Assembly: GCA_965208325.1 (NCBI GenBank) | Contig: OZ242326.1 | Location: forward strand, 96,001-160,000 | DNA: 64,000 nt | Direction of reading: 5' to 3' | Source of the DNA: Candidatus Poribacteria bacterium | GTDB lineage: Bacteria > Poribacteria > WGA-4E > PCPOR2b | Shown: positions 1 through 10,792 of the stretch, piece after piece | Layout of the letters: the number at the start of each line of letters is the position of its first letter | Numbering within the stretch: the stretch's first letter is position 1 | Position numbers and translations under genes: made by a program | The notes under the pieces: model-generated | The model's database searches: none | The model's input: only the letters and a program-made list of their open reading frames with translations | Told to the model about the DNA's origin: nothing

Positions 1-1
1 G

Positions 2-748
2 CGGCGAATGCAAGCAGAAATGGAGGAAGCGGAAAAAATTCAGAGAAACCTCCTCCCAGACGCGCCGCCTGAAATCGCCGGTTATGAACTCGCGGGGATT
101 TCTATACCGCGCGGCGGTGTTGGCGGAGATTACTACGATTACATTCGAGAACCCAATGGGCGGTGGGGACTTGCGATTGCCGATGTCTCTGGAAAAGGCA
201 TGCAGGCTGCCCTGCTGATGGCAACACTGCGGGCCGGCTTGCTTTCAGAAGTAGCGCGGCGCAATGATTTGCCGAGCATGGCAATAACCCTGAATTCGCT
301 GCTTTATGAGAGCAGTACACTGGGCAAATTCGCAACCTTCTTCTACGCGCAGTTGGATCCGGAAACCGGTGTGTTGACTACAATGAATGCAGGGCATAAC
401 TACCCCGTGGTTGTTCGAAGTGATGGCAGCACAGAGCGGCTAACGGTCGGCGGCGTAATGTTAGGCATGTTTCCCGATGATATGATCCATCAGATTTCGG
501 CCTATGAGCAGGAAACGATTGAGCTTGATAACGGCGACATCGTCCTGTTTTATACCGATGGCGTGACCGAAACATTCAACATCAACAAAGAGCTTTTTGG
601 AGAGAAACGGTTGGAACACCTCGTGAGCCGGATTCATCACCGAGATGCGAAGGAAATTTGCGGTTCAATACATAATGCAGTGTTGGAATTCCAAGGGGAA
701 GCCCAGCAGTTTGACGATTTAACGCTCATGGTGCTTAAGAAAACGTAA
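2..748 (+). CDS. PP2C/SpoIIE-family Ser/Thr phosphatase (RsbU-like), 5' part outside the window
   Basis: GGDYYD, ADVSGKG, AGHN, YTDG and DDLT motifs. The frame is open to the window edge, and RRMQAEMEEAEKIQ parallels the internal RRLQTEIEEASKIQ of 1443..3254. Confidence 0.93.
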   Translation, partial: RRMQAEMEEAEKIQRNLLPDAPPEIAGYELAGISIPRGGVGGDYYDYIREPNGRWGLAIADVSGKGMQAALLMATLRAGLLSEVARRNDLPSMAITLNSLLYESSTLGKFATFFYAQLDPETGVLTTMNAGHNYPVVVRSDGSTERLTVGGVMLGMFPDDMIHQISAYEQETIELDNGDIVLFYTDGVTETFNINKELFGEKRLEHLVSRIHHRDAKEICGSIHNAVLEFQGEAQQFDDLTLMVLKKT

Positions 749-802
749 TCGCCGTGTAACTGCGGCATTTGGCGACATGCGTTTGATAAGGAAGTTGAGA
801 AC

Positions 803-831
803 TTGACAAAACGATGTATTTCAATTAAAAT
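803..831 (+). promoter_or_regulatory. sigma70-type promoter upstream of STAS gene
   Basis: TTGACA-17 bp-TAAAAT. Confidence 0.6.
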
Positions 832-965
832 AGTGTAAGCCAACGTAGAATGACAATCGCCAAGTGATTTGACAAACATCAGGGGACAGTTAGCGTGTGC
901 GCGTCTAATCACCAAAACAGCATAATTCCCCGTAGATTTTGATTATACGTTAGGAGGTAATACTA

Positions 966-1316
966 TTGAAAATCAATGTTAGCCAACGTGATGATGTTAT
1001 CATTTTAACGCCGATTGGCAAAATCATTGGTCCGGCTGTCAGCGATCTCAGAAAGACGATTGATGAGCAACTCGCTAATTTTACCGATGCGCCCAAATTT
1101 CTAATCAATTTTGCCGACGTTTCGATGTTGGATAGTTCGGGGCTCGGAACGCTCATGGGGACGCATGTATCTGTTGTGCGCAAAAATGGACGCATTGCCG
1201 TCATAAATGTTGGTGCGAACATCAAAAACCTAATTGTTAGAAGCCGATTAATCAGCGTCTTTGAGCATTTTGACAGTGAAGACGAAGCCATCGCATCGCT
1301 TACATCGGACGGATAA
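966..1316 (+). CDS. STAS-domain anti-sigma factor antagonist (RsbV/SpoIIAA-like)
   Basis: 116 aa, MLDSSGLG phosphorylation motif; AGGAGG RBS before TTG start. Confidence 0.92.
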   Translation: MKINVSQRDDVIILTPIGKIIGPAVSDLRKTIDEQLANFTDAPKFLINFADVSMLDSSGLGTLMGTHVSVVRKNGRIAVINVGANIKNLIVRSRLISVFEHFDSEDEAIASLTSDG

Positions 1317-1442
1317 CTGCACTCATTAGTGCCGATGAGTAGACAGATTGATTTTTTTGGGGAACTCTGAGGAAGTCTAAGAAGGATAAAAACTAGCCTC
1401 TTTTGCACATCCAATCTGCCCAAATAGAATGGAGATGCTAAG

Positions 1443-3254
1443 ATGCAGTCTGCTTCTGCTGAAGAAACCATTCAACGACTAGTTCTCAATCTGTCTGAGC
1501 TTGAACATCTCGGTGATGCGGTTGTTTCCGGCCGCGGCAACTTTAGCGCTTCGAGTCAGGCATATCTTCGGATAGTCCTTGATACACTGAGTGTGACCGA
1601 TGGGGCAATTTTGCGCTTCCATCCGAATGCTAACGAACTTACCATCGAATCGTCAATCAATGTCGATGATGATTCACTCGTGATTTCGGTGCATCCCGGC
1701 GAGATTGCCGCCATGATTCAGTTTCCGGTCCTCGATCTGTCACGTCCGCCGCTCGTCCTGGAGCCGTTTTTTGATGCTATTCAACCTCAGTTGAAGCGCC
1801 TTGGCGCCCACCTATGGGCTCCGTTAAAAATTGGCGAGGAATGTTTTGGCGTAATCAGTTTAGGCGCACTTCCCGCTCGCATCAAAATGGCATCATGGAG
1901 CAGGAAACTTGTGAATGTGCTAGCCAACTATGTTTCAAGACAGATTGCACATTCGCGAGCGCTGGAAGAGATGAAAACTGCCAAGTTTCAGCTCTTTCTG
2001 CTTTCCGATATCGCCGCACAGATGGGCAGGTTGTTGGATACGGCGCACCTTGAGAGTGAAATAGTGCACCACGCTGTCAGTCTCTTTGACGCACGCGGCG
2101 GTTGTTTACTGCTTATGGATGCAATGAGCCAACGGCTCGAGATGAAAAGCAGCTTTGTTATGGAGGCAGAATCCAATCCTGAATGGGAAGACCTTTCGAT
2201 TTCACTTCAAGGCAACGGAGAAGTTCATCCCGCGGTTTCCCTGCTCCGCGGAGTCGCAGCGCAAGGTAAAACGCTCATTCGCAACCGCGAAAAAGAAGCG
2301 GAGTTTTTCGGCGCAAAAAATCTCATGGTGGTGCCGATTTTTGGACGTGAGATTCTGGGCGTATTGGTTGTTTATGATAAGGAAGAGCAGCACGGAGTTA
2401 CTGCAGACTTCACGCAAAGAGATGGGATTTTGTTGGAAGCCTTCGCCAATCAGGCAGGGGTCGTCATAGAAAATGCGCGGCTGTATCAAGAAGCTCGAGA
2501 ACGTCGTCGGCTGCAAACAGAAATTGAGGAAGCGTCAAAAATACAGAAAAATCTCATCCCCTCCACTCCGCCGGAAATCCCCGGCTACGAGGTAGTCGGA
2601 TTGAGTGTTCCCCACCACGATGAAGTTGGGGGAGATTATTACGATTTTATTAAAGAACCGGATGGGTTGTGGGGATTTGCAGTTGCTGATGTCTGTGGAA
2701 AAGGCATGCAAGCTGCGCTGCTTATGGCGATGCTTCGGATGGGGCTGCGCGCAGAGGTAGCCAGACACAATGATTTGAGGTCAATGGCGGCAGCGCTGAA
2801 TGCGCTGCTTTATGAAGGGAGTACTACTGACACTTATGCTACCCTTGTTTACGCCAAGTTGGATCCAGCACGCGGAGTGCTCACGTCCATTAGCGCGGGG
2901 CACAACCTTGCAATGGTTGTGCGGCGTGACGGCAGCGTAAAGCGCTTGGAGAAGGGTGGTCTAGTATTGGGGATGTATCCCGATGACTTGCTTCGTCAAA
3001 TTGTAGAATATGAACAAGAAACAACGATATTGTCCAGCGGCGACACGGTTCTGCTTTACACCGACGGAATTACCGACACCCTAAACTTAGACGATGAAAT
3101 GTTTGGAGAAGCGCGCTTAGTTGAACTTGTGACGGAGCGGCGCAATGCAGCCGCCACCGAAATTTGCACGGCAATTTACAATGCCGTACAAAGTTTTCAA
3201 GGGGAAGCCAATCCATTCGACGATTTAACGCTGATGGTTCTTAAGAGAAAGTGA
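1443..3254 (+). CDS. GAF-domain PP2C/SpoIIE phosphatase (RsbU-like)
   Basis: Two GAF-like segments (e.g. LMVVPI...LEAFANQAGVVIENARLY) followed by GGDYYD, DVCGKG, AGH, YTDG and DDLT. Confidence 0.92.
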   Translation: MQSASAEETIQRLVLNLSELEHLGDAVVSGRGNFSASSQAYLRIVLDTLSVTDGAILRFHPNANELTIESSINVDDDSLVISVHPGEIAAMIQFPVLDLSRPPLVLEPFFDAIQPQLKRLGAHLWAPLKIGEECFGVISLGALPARIKMASWSRKLVNVLANYVSRQIAHSRALEEMKTAKFQLFLLSDIAAQMGRLLDTAHLESEIVHHAVSLFDARGGCLLLMDAMSQRLEMKSSFVMEAESNPEWEDLSISLQGNGEVHPAVSLLRGVAAQGKTLIRNREKEAEFFGAKNLMVVPIFGREILGVLVVYDKEEQHGVTADFTQRDGILLEAFANQAGVVIENARLYQEARERRRLQTEIEEASKIQKNLIPSTPPEIPGYEVVGLSVPHHDEVGGDYYDFIKEPDGLWGFAVADVCGKGMQAALLMAMLRMGLRAEVARHNDLRSMAAALNALLYEGSTTDTYATLVYAKLDPARGVLTSISAGHNLAMVVRRDGSVKRLEKGGLVLGMYPDDLLRQIVEYEQETTILSSGDTVLLYTDGITDTLNLDDEMFGEARLVELVTERRNAAATEICTAIYNAVQSFQGEANPFDDLTLMVLKRK

Positions 3255-3337
3255 CAATCAGCGGCCGGGGCGCATTCAGGAGCTACTTCAAAATTGACCG
3301 TTATTGAAAAGGCGTCTTTCACTATGCGGAGGCCACT

Positions 3338-5515
3338 ATGGAACGAGATGTCTCAAAACGCATGCAGAAGTCCATTATTGCGTATTCAGCATTAGGAATA
3401 TGCGCAATCGGCTTAATTGTTTCGTTCATCAGCATCTCTTCGTATTATCAAGATCGCAAGAAATTAGAGGAAAGAAATCTCGTCCAGACGGTAGATACTC
3501 GGGGTATAGCCGTTGATGAATATCTGTCTCGCTTAAAAGATATTGCAAAACTAATTACTAGCCAGAGCGAAGCCCGCGAGCAACTTGAAGCCTACAGCAA
3601 CGGGGAGGTGAAGCGAGAAGCATTAACCCGTTTTAGCGGAATCACATTGAATAATGCCATGCAGACATCTGAGCTAGTGGACGGCATCGTTCGGATTGAC
3701 GCAGACGGTGAATCCATCGTTCGTGTCGGATTGCCGATACCAGAAAAGGAGTGGCCATCATACGCTGGAAGGTTCAGCGGCATGATTGTTCACGGTCCGG
3801 TTTCATTGTATGGCGAACCTTATATTATTGTCAGCGCGCCGATTTTCGGGGTAGACGCAGAACGTATCGGAACTGACTTGGTACTATTCAGAATGTCTGC
3901 CTTACAAAAACTAGTTAAGGATTACGCCGGCTTGGGAGAAACTGGAGAAATTATTTTGGGGCGATACACAACTCGCGGCGTCGAGGTATTCTTCCCCATG
4001 CGGGAGGTTGAAAGCACACCCATTGGAGAGGTCCCCAAGGATTCCCCAATTGGGTTTGCACTCAAAGCTGCCTCGGGTGACGCTTTCGGAATGATAGGTC
4101 CTGACACGTTCCCGAATAGTCCGTTTGTTATTGCCTATAACTTTGTTAAAGATACCGATTGGGGAATTCTTGCAAAGGTGGATAAGGATGAGCTCTTTGC
4201 GCCAATCAATCGCAAAATTCTTGAAATCGGCAGCGTCATTATAGGCCTCACATTACTCGGCACTTGCGGAATGGTACTGCTGCTTCGTCCGCTTACAGGC
4301 AGGATTATTATCCATACCGATGAGTTGGAGACTGAGATTGAAGAAAAGACCGTGGATTTGCAAAATGAAATTGAGGAGCGAAAAAGAACCGAAGCAGCGC
4401 TCGTTCGATTAGCCTCATTGCCCGAACAAAGCCCCGATCCTGTTATTGAAACCGGCCTTGATGGGAAGGTGAACTATCTCAACCCGGCTGCACAACTGCA
4501 ATTTGCAAATTTGGATGAGATTGGGCTTGAACACCCGACACTAGAGGGATTGCAGCCAATCATCGCCTCGTTTCAAAGTGACAAAGAGGAATCTTTTACT
4601 CGCGAAATCGACCTTGGGAGCCTCGTATACGTGCAGAAAATCTGCCATGTCTCGGACAGTAACCTGATTCGAATCTACATGACCGACATTTCAGACCGCA
4701 AGTGGGCTGAGGCGGAATTGCAAGGCGCAAAGGAGGCCGCCGAATATGCCAACCGCGCAAAGAGTGAATTCCTCACCAACATGAGCCATGAACTTCGCAC
4801 GCCCTTGAACGCCATCATCGGATTTTCAGAGATTTTGCGGGATGCCATTCTAGGTCCCGTGAACGATAGCCAAGAAGAGTTGATTCGCGACATACACACC
4901 AGTGGACACCACCTCTTGGATATGATTAACGGAATTTTGGATTTGGCTAAAATCGAAGCGGGCAAAATGGATTTACAACTTGAGATGTTCTCCGTCGAGA
5001 CGGCGATGGCGGAGGTGAATGCCATCGTTAATGCCATCGCAAACAAAAAACAGATTGAACCCGCGCTTGAATTCGATCAAGATGTCTCAATAGAAGCGGA
5101 CAAAGTCAAATTCAAGCAAATTCTCTACAATTTGCTTTCAAACGCTATTAAATTCACTGGTGAACGCGGTCAAGTAATCACGAGGTTTAGTGTATCTGAA
5201 AATGAGCTGGTGACTCAAGTGACCGATACTGGTGTAGGCATGACGCCGGAGGAACAAGAAAAGTTGTTTCAACCATTCATGCAACTTGATGCCTCAAAAT
5301 CCCGCGAATATAGCGGAAGCGGATTGGGACTCGCCTTAACCAGAAGATTGGTGGAAATTCATGGTGGGAAGATTTGGGTCGAGAGCGAAAAAGGTCAGGG
5401 GAGCACCTTTCAGTTTACACTCCCCTTGAGTCAATTGGCGAAGACACCGCAGCCTGCCGCTGTCGAATTTTCTGCATCCATTCACGGTGATGACACCATT
5501 CTCGCTGAAGACTAA
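3338..5515 (+). CDS. Membrane sensor histidine kinase (TM-Cache-like-TM-PAS-like-HisKA-HATPase)
   Basis: Two hydrophobic segments; H-box MSHELRTPLNAIIG, N-box NLLSNAIKFT, G boxes DTGVG and GSGLGL. Confidence 0.95.
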   Translation: MERDVSKRMQKSIIAYSALGICAIGLIVSFISISSYYQDRKKLEERNLVQTVDTRGIAVDEYLSRLKDIAKLITSQSEAREQLEAYSNGEVKREALTRFSGITLNNAMQTSELVDGIVRIDADGESIVRVGLPIPEKEWPSYAGRFSGMIVHGPVSLYGEPYIIVSAPIFGVDAERIGTDLVLFRMSALQKLVKDYAGLGETGEIILGRYTTRGVEVFFPMREVESTPIGEVPKDSPIGFALKAASGDAFGMIGPDTFPNSPFVIAYNFVKDTDWGILAKVDKDELFAPINRKILEIGSVIIGLTLLGTCGMVLLLRPLTGRIIIHTDELETEIEEKTVDLQNEIEERKRTEAALVRLASLPEQSPDPVIETGLDGKVNYLNPAAQLQFANLDEIGLEHPTLEGLQPIIASFQSDKEESFTREIDLGSLVYVQKICHVSDSNLIRIYMTDISDRKWAEAELQGAKEAAEYANRAKSEFLTNMSHELRTPLNAIIGFSEILRDAILGPVNDSQEELIRDIHTSGHHLLDMINGILDLAKIEAGKMDLQLEMFSVETAMAEVNAIVNAIANKKQIEPALEFDQDVSIEADKVKFKQILYNLLSNAIKFTGERGQVITRFSVSENELVTQVTDTGVGMTPEEQEKLFQPFMQLDASKSREYSGSGLGLALTRRLVEIHGGKIWVESEKGQGSTFQFTLPLSQLAKTPQPAAVEFSASIHGDDTILAED

Positions 5516-5656
5516 ATCACAACAGCGGACCCCGCGTCGGAGTCAGTTGAATTTTCAGATGTAGATGGGCGTTAAGCCAAGCTTGATACCGACGATTTGA
5601 TTGCTGGAAGGGCAAGCCATAGACGCAAAACCAGATGGGAAGGAGAGTTCCTACTC

Positions 5657-6034
5657 ATGAGTACCAAGCGCGTATTAGTGGTCGAAGATGTTGAAATGAA
5701 TCGTAAGCTCGTGCGAATTGTTTTGACGACAAAAGGTTACGAAATAATAGAAGCCACGCATGCGGAAGAGGCGCTCGAAATACTTCAAACCGAGGTGCCC
5801 GATTTGATTCTAATGGACATCGCTCTGCCCGGAATAAGTGGAGAAGAATTGACACGCCAGATTAAAGCCGATCCGCGGTGGTGTCATGTGCCTATCATCG
5901 CTTTAACGGCGGCGGCAATGAAGGGCGACCGAGAACAGTTTCTCAGCGCAGGATGTAACGATTATATCAGCAAGCCCATTGATACACACGCCCTCGCCGA
6001 GATTGTAGATCGGTATCTCTTAAAGGAATTTTAG
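5657..6034 (+). CDS. Single-domain response regulator (DivK/CheY-like)
   Basis: VLVVED, LILMDIALP, IIALTA, ISKP; start moved to ATG 5657 after AGGAG RBS. Confidence 0.92.
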   Translation: MSTKRVLVVEDVEMNRKLVRIVLTTKGYEIIEATHAEEALEILQTEVPDLILMDIALPGISGEELTRQIKADPRWCHVPIIALTAAAMKGDREQFLSAGCNDYISKPIDTHALAEIVDRYLLKEF

Positions 6035-6038
6035 TGTA

Positions 6039-7217
6039 ATGAAAGACCCTAGCCCAATAATTCTCGTTGTTGACGATGAACCCAGAAATATCCGGGTGCT
6101 TCAAATCCTTCTTGAGGCAAAAGGGTACACTGTTATCACCGCAGAGCATGGACAAGAAGCACTAGACCATGTAAAAGCAGGTCCTCCGGATCTGATTTTG
6201 CTGGATATTATGATGCCGCGAATGAACGGCTTTGAGGTCTGTCAAAGAATTCGCGCGGATGAAGACGCCCAATTCGTTCCAATTGTGATGGTTACTGCAC
6301 TGACGGAGGCTCATGACCGAATCAAAGCCATTGAAGTCGGAGCCGACGATTTTATCTCGAAACCGTTTGACAGTTACGAAATTATCGCCCGCGCGCGTTC
6401 CCTGTTGCGCGTCAAACAATACCACGATGCACTCAAACAAGCCAATCAAGAACTCGCAGAGCACAATGCCCGCTTGGATATGGAATTGCAAATGGCGCAA
6501 GAGGTACAGGCGAGCCTGATGCCGCAGCGAATTACAAACATGGCAGGATTTCAAATTGTATCGCACTATTCGCCTGAGATTGCCGTGGGAGGAGACTTTT
6601 TCGATCTGTGGGAAGTGGGACCAGGGAAACTGGGAGTTCTAATCTCCGATGTGATGGGACACGGCGTACCCGCCGCTTTTGTTACCGTGTTCATTAAGAC
6701 CATCGTCGAGGAAATGAGGGAACAGACCGACGATCCCGGACGGATACTAGAAGTATTAAACACGCGTTTCGACAAATCCATGAGCTTAGATTTGGCGATT
6801 TTCGCCACTGCGTTCTGCGCGGTCATAGATCGATCCGACCAAACGCTTCGCTGGGCAAATGCGGGACATCCCTTCCCCTTTCTGATACGCCGCGGACTGG
6901 GTGTTTGTGAAACCGTCGAAAACGAGTCCATCGGCGAAGGGCTGGGACTCCTATCCGATTCAATTTATCACACGTTTCAAGTCCCTTTCAATCCATCGGA
7001 CGGCTTGTTCCTTTATACCGACGGTGCACACGAACTTCAGAATTCCAACGGAGAGGAATTCAGTCCGGAACGCCTTCAGAATGTGCTCGTTGAACAAAAC
7101 TCGAAGCCCGCAACGGTTCTTGTGGATAGCGTTGTGCAGGCAATCGATCAATTTAGCGTGGGAATACCAAGGGAAGATGACATTACAATTGTGGCCATAG
7201 ACGCGCACGCTGAATAA
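6039..7217 (+). CDS. Response regulator receiver + PP2C/SpoIIE phosphatase
   Basis: REC (LVVDD, LLDIMMP, SKP) then GGDFFD, DVMGHG, AGHP, YTDG and DDIT. Confidence 0.93.
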   Translation: MKDPSPIILVVDDEPRNIRVLQILLEAKGYTVITAEHGQEALDHVKAGPPDLILLDIMMPRMNGFEVCQRIRADEDAQFVPIVMVTALTEAHDRIKAIEVGADDFISKPFDSYEIIARARSLLRVKQYHDALKQANQELAEHNARLDMELQMAQEVQASLMPQRITNMAGFQIVSHYSPEIAVGGDFFDLWEVGPGKLGVLISDVMGHGVPAAFVTVFIKTIVEEMREQTDDPGRILEVLNTRFDKSMSLDLAIFATAFCAVIDRSDQTLRWANAGHPFPFLIRRGLGVCETVENESIGEGLGLLSDSIYHTFQVPFNPSDGLFLYTDGAHELQNSNGEEFSPERLQNVLVEQNSKPATVLVDSVVQAIDQFSVGIPREDDITIVAIDAHAE

Positions 7218-7324
7218 TGTGCACGTTAGGCATACTCACCCCTTTCGCGCTAAATGAGGGAGTATTTCTCTAGAGCAACTTCAGTGCTTCTTTGTTGTCT
7301 CCAATGAAGTAATTCACAGTCTGG

Positions 7325-7780
7325 TCACACCGTATGATACACTGATTCCGGTATCACTACGAGCGAAAAGGTGATTCGAACATCGGTACCGCCGTGAGTA
7401 TTGGGCTGCATTTCCATGTGGTCTGAGAGTTTTTTCGCAAGATAAACGCCGTGGCCGCGATCGCTGCCGGGTGTTCTCCTTGTGAGAAATTCATCAACCC
7501 ATCCTTCGGTAAGCCAGCTATTTTCCGAGTTTTGTCCTTTATCTCGAACCAAAACCTCTAATTGGCTGGAATCGCAATGAAATGTCAAATCAATTCCTGC
7601 TGTTTCACTAGGCGACCCGTGCTCAATCGCATTGCTGCACACTTCATCAATAACCGATGTTATATCATTCATGCGTGTTTGAGAAAAACCGATTTGTTGA
7701 GCCAACCGCCTAGCAAATGCCAGAATAGAACTCACGTACAAGAGGCGACTGGGCATCTTGAGGTCAATGTACTCTTGCAT
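7325..7780 (-). CDS. Anti-sigma factor / Ser kinase (RsbW/SpoIIAB-like, HATPase_c_2)
   Basis: EVCSNAIEHG N-box, VRDKG, RGHGVYL; 151 aa. Confidence 0.88.
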   Translation of the reverse strand: MQEYIDLKMPSRLLYVSSILAFARRLAQQIGFSQTRMNDITSVIDEVCSNAIEHGSPSETAGIDLTFHCDSSQLEVLVRDKGQNSENSWLTEGWVDEFLTRRTPGSDRGHGVYLAKKLSDHMEMQPNTHGGTDVRITFSLVVIPESVYHTV

Positions 7781-7975
7781 TTTTTCCTGTCCTTGGGATT
7801 TTATTTTAAGAAGGTTAAGGTATTCAATGGAGGCTTCGCATAGAATCGTATTATCTGTGCTCAGCCCTAGACTGAATGATTCAAACGCTTACGTGCCAAA
7901 GGCGGAATCCAATTCCATCCGCCGGTATCCGCCGCCGCATTCTCCTGAAGCCAATATTGGAGGCGGGCAGAAGCA

Positions 7976-8320
7976 CTATTTGAAGCCAGCTAGTGCGCTG
8001 GTCTCCGATTCATAAAGCTCAAGCACTCTAGAGGCGCCAATCATATCGAACGTCCGCTTAATATGATCAGCAGTTCCGAAAACCTTAAGGTCTCCACTTT
8101 TCTGGCGTAACCGCTTTGCAACGCCAACTAGGGCGCCAACTGCGGTACTGTTGATATGTTGTACACCGTTCAGATTAACAACAATTTTCTCGGCTTCCTG
8201 ACCGATTAACTCCTGAAGCCCTCTCCGTAGTTCAGCAGCCTCATAGCTTCCAAGGTCGGTGTTGACATCAACGATTATTACGTCTGAATCTTCACGCATG
8301 GTTAAAGATTTCGTTGGCAT
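7976..8320 (-). CDS. STAS-domain anti-sigma factor antagonist
   Basis: KIVVNLNGVQHINSTAVGALV pattern; ATG 8320 preceded by AAGGAG (start approximate). Confidence 0.85.
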   Translation of the reverse strand: MPTKSLTMREDSDVIIVDVNTDLGSYEAAELRRGLQELIGQEAEKIVVNLNGVQHINSTAVGALVGVAKRLRQKSGDLKVFGTADHIKRTFDMIGASRVLELYESETSALAGFK

Positions 8321-8508
8321 AACGAAGACATCTGCTCCTTTCAATTGGTGTGCTCTTGAGTGTACCCCATTCAAAAATGATGGTTGTACCTACATGTCCC
8401 TCAAGAGGTAAAATAGAGATTTCTCAGAATTGGGGTGGCTAACAATTAGGATTAAAAGATAACATTTTACAAAAAAAAATGCAAGAAATTTAATTGCAAG
8501 AGGTTATT

Positions 8509-9273
8509 ATGAAATTTGGAGACAATTGCTGGGTTGACATGCAACAGGCGGATAAGAACAAGATTGTCGTGATGCCGCTCGGATCGATGGAACAGCATGG
8601 TCACCACTCGCCGCTTTTGACCGATACTTATCTTGTGACGGAAATTGCGGAACGGGTAGAAGAACATCTCAGCGGGCAAATCTACATGCTGCCGACGATG
8701 TGGCTTGGTGCATCGGATCATCATTTAGATTTGCCCGGTACCGTAAGCGTTACCAACAGCGTCTACTCCGCTATAATCAAAAACATCGTTAGGTCAATCG
8801 CCAAAGCGGGCTTTCGCCGACTTCTATTTCTTAACGGACACGGCGGAAATGTCACGCCCGGCACGCAAGCAATCACGGAACTCACTAACGAGTCTGATGT
8901 TTACAACGAAATGTGGATAGCACTGTCTTCTTACTGGACCGTAGCTGCACCGGCAATTTCGCCGGAAGACCACGGCATGCAGACGAAACAGCTTACGCAC
9001 GCTTGCGAATATGAAACTTCGATGATGTTGTTCCTGCACGGTGAAATCATGCGTATGGATCGAGTCGAGTCAAGTCCGCCGTTAATCAATTCTCCGTATT
9101 TCCACAGCGAATACGGTGGACGCCTCAATGTCGCCAAACGGATGGCTACGCGCACACCAACAGGCGCGATGGGTGAACCGCAATATGCAACACCGCAAAA
9201 GGGTGAATCATTGCTGAATGCCATCGCTGATGAGGTGATTGCTTGTATCGAAGATTTTGCAACTTGGTCGTAG
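8509..9273 (+). CDS. Creatininase/creatinine amidohydrolase family protein
   Basis: GSMEQHGHH..TD, NGHGGN and HACEYETS motifs; GAGG RBS before ATG 8509. Confidence 0.9.
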   Translation: MKFGDNCWVDMQQADKNKIVVMPLGSMEQHGHHSPLLTDTYLVTEIAERVEEHLSGQIYMLPTMWLGASDHHLDLPGTVSVTNSVYSAIIKNIVRSIAKAGFRRLLFLNGHGGNVTPGTQAITELTNESDVYNEMWIALSSYWTVAAPAISPEDHGMQTKQLTHACEYETSMMLFLHGEIMRMDRVESSPPLINSPYFHSEYGGRLNVAKRMATRTPTGAMGEPQYATPQKGESLLNAIADEVIACIEDFATWS

Positions 9274-9373
9274 TCAACGCGTAATCGCGGTTATATTGAG
9301 AACGACTCATTGCGGCGCAACGTAGTTTCTACTGTCAACTTTTTCCGAATCCGCAAACGCCTAAAACACCGTT

Positions 9374-9871
9374 ATGAACAAGCTGACTCATTTTGACCAA
9401 GAAGGCCGCGCTCGAATGGTCGATATCACTCCGAAATCGGAAACACTGCGGGTAGCCGTGGCACGCGGCCATATTTCCGCCAAACCGGAGACAATCAGAT
9501 TAATCACCGAACATAGTATTGCCAAGGGGGATGTACTTGAGACAGCGCGGCTCGCTGGGATCATGAGCGCTAAGCGTACCGGAGATCTAATTCCGCTCTG
9601 CCACCCGATTCCGCTGACGGCTGTCAGAGTGGATTTGTCCATCAACGAAGCGGCATGCCGGATCGAGATTGAGGCAGAGGTGCGAACCGTCGGGCGTACT
9701 GGGGTGGAAATGGAATCTTTAACCGCCGTTTCGGTCGCTGGTTTGACCGTCTATGACATGTGTAAAGCGGTCGATCGAGAGATGGTTATCTCCGATGTTC
9801 GGTTAATCAAAAAAGTTGGCGGCAAAAGCGGGGCGTTTACTCGCGGTGAATGCGGCGCGGATAACCGATGA
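9374..9871 (+). CDS. moaC: Cyclic pyranopterin monophosphate synthase MoaC
   Basis: [33 protein letters not shown]. Confidence 0.97.
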   Translation: MNKLTHFDQEGRARMVDITPKSETLRVAVARGHISAKPETIRLITEHSIAKGDVLETARLAGIMSAKRTGDLIPLCHPIPLTAVRVDLSINEAACRIEIEAEVRTVGRTGVEMESLTAVSVAGLTVYDMCKAVDREMVISDVRLIKKVGGKSGAFTRGECGADNR

Positions 9872-10761
9872 CCCCGGCTTATGTTCTTCTTGTTCTATTT
9901 TCTGCCTGCCTGCATGCCTTGTGGAACTGCTTCAGTAAAGCTAGCCGTTCGCCGCAAATCTTCTTCTTCTGGACCGGTATATTTACTGCAACAATTGCAA
10001 TTGTCATCTTTGCGGTTCGGCACCCAACTATCCCCCCGTCCGTTCAATTCTACGTCGTCGCGTCCGGGTTGGTTCATTCTGTATACTGGTATTCATTGAG
10101 CCAAGCCTACTCGTCAGGCGATGTGTCCTATGTCTACCCAATCGCTCGATCAGCACCAGGGTTTGTACCTCTATTTGCGTACCTGTTTTTGCACGAGGCA
10201 ATTTCAGCCCGAGGTCTGATTGGTATCGTCTGCGTGGTATTCTCCATTTATCTGTTTCAACAAGGAGGCAGCCGCTTACAGCTTATAGAACTCACCCGGC
10301 GTATTAGGCAACGAGATGCAATTTGGGCGTTTTCAACACTTTGCACGGTAATTGCTTATTCGCTGATTGACAAGAAGGGAATGTCCGAGTTCAATACCAC
10401 CGGCACAACCCAACTCCCTGTTTGGCACGCCGTAAGCTACTATTTGACACAAGCCGCAATATCCGCCGTATTTTACGGTGTGTTTACCTTTCGGAGTTTT
10501 GAAAAGCGAGAAATTACGGATATCGCACGGAGAGAGTGGCGGACAATCATTTTGGCATGTTGGTTGATACTCATTTCTTACACGATAATTCTATATACAT
10601 TTATCACGCAAAAAGTGAGTTATGTCGTCGCAATTCGACAGAGTTCCGTGATTTTTGCCGTGTGGTTAGGAGCCAATGTGTTAAAGGAATCCAATGCAAA
10701 ATTGAGATTCGCCGCGGCCGGCGTGATGGTTGTCGGCGTGTTTTTAATCTCGACAGCGTGA
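9868..10761 (+). CDS. EamA/DMT family transporter
   Basis: About 10 [35 protein letters not shown]; 4-bp overlap with moaC. Confidence 0.88.
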   Translation: MTPAYVLLVLFSACLHALWNCFSKASRSPQIFFFWTGIFTATIAIVIFAVRHPTIPPSVQFYVVASGLVHSVYWYSLSQAYSSGDVSYVYPIARSAPGFVPLFAYLFLHEAISARGLIGIVCVVFSIYLFQQGGSRLQLIELTRRIRQRDAIWAFSTLCTVIAYSLIDKKGMSEFNTTGTTQLPVWHAVSYYLTQAAISAVFYGVFTFRSFEKREITDIARREWRTIILACWLILISYTIILYTFITQKVSYVVAIRQSSVIFAVWLGANVLKESNAKLRFAAAGVMVVGVFLISTA

Positions 10762-10792
10762 ACTTTCGGTAGGTTGAAAAATTGGTGAGCAT

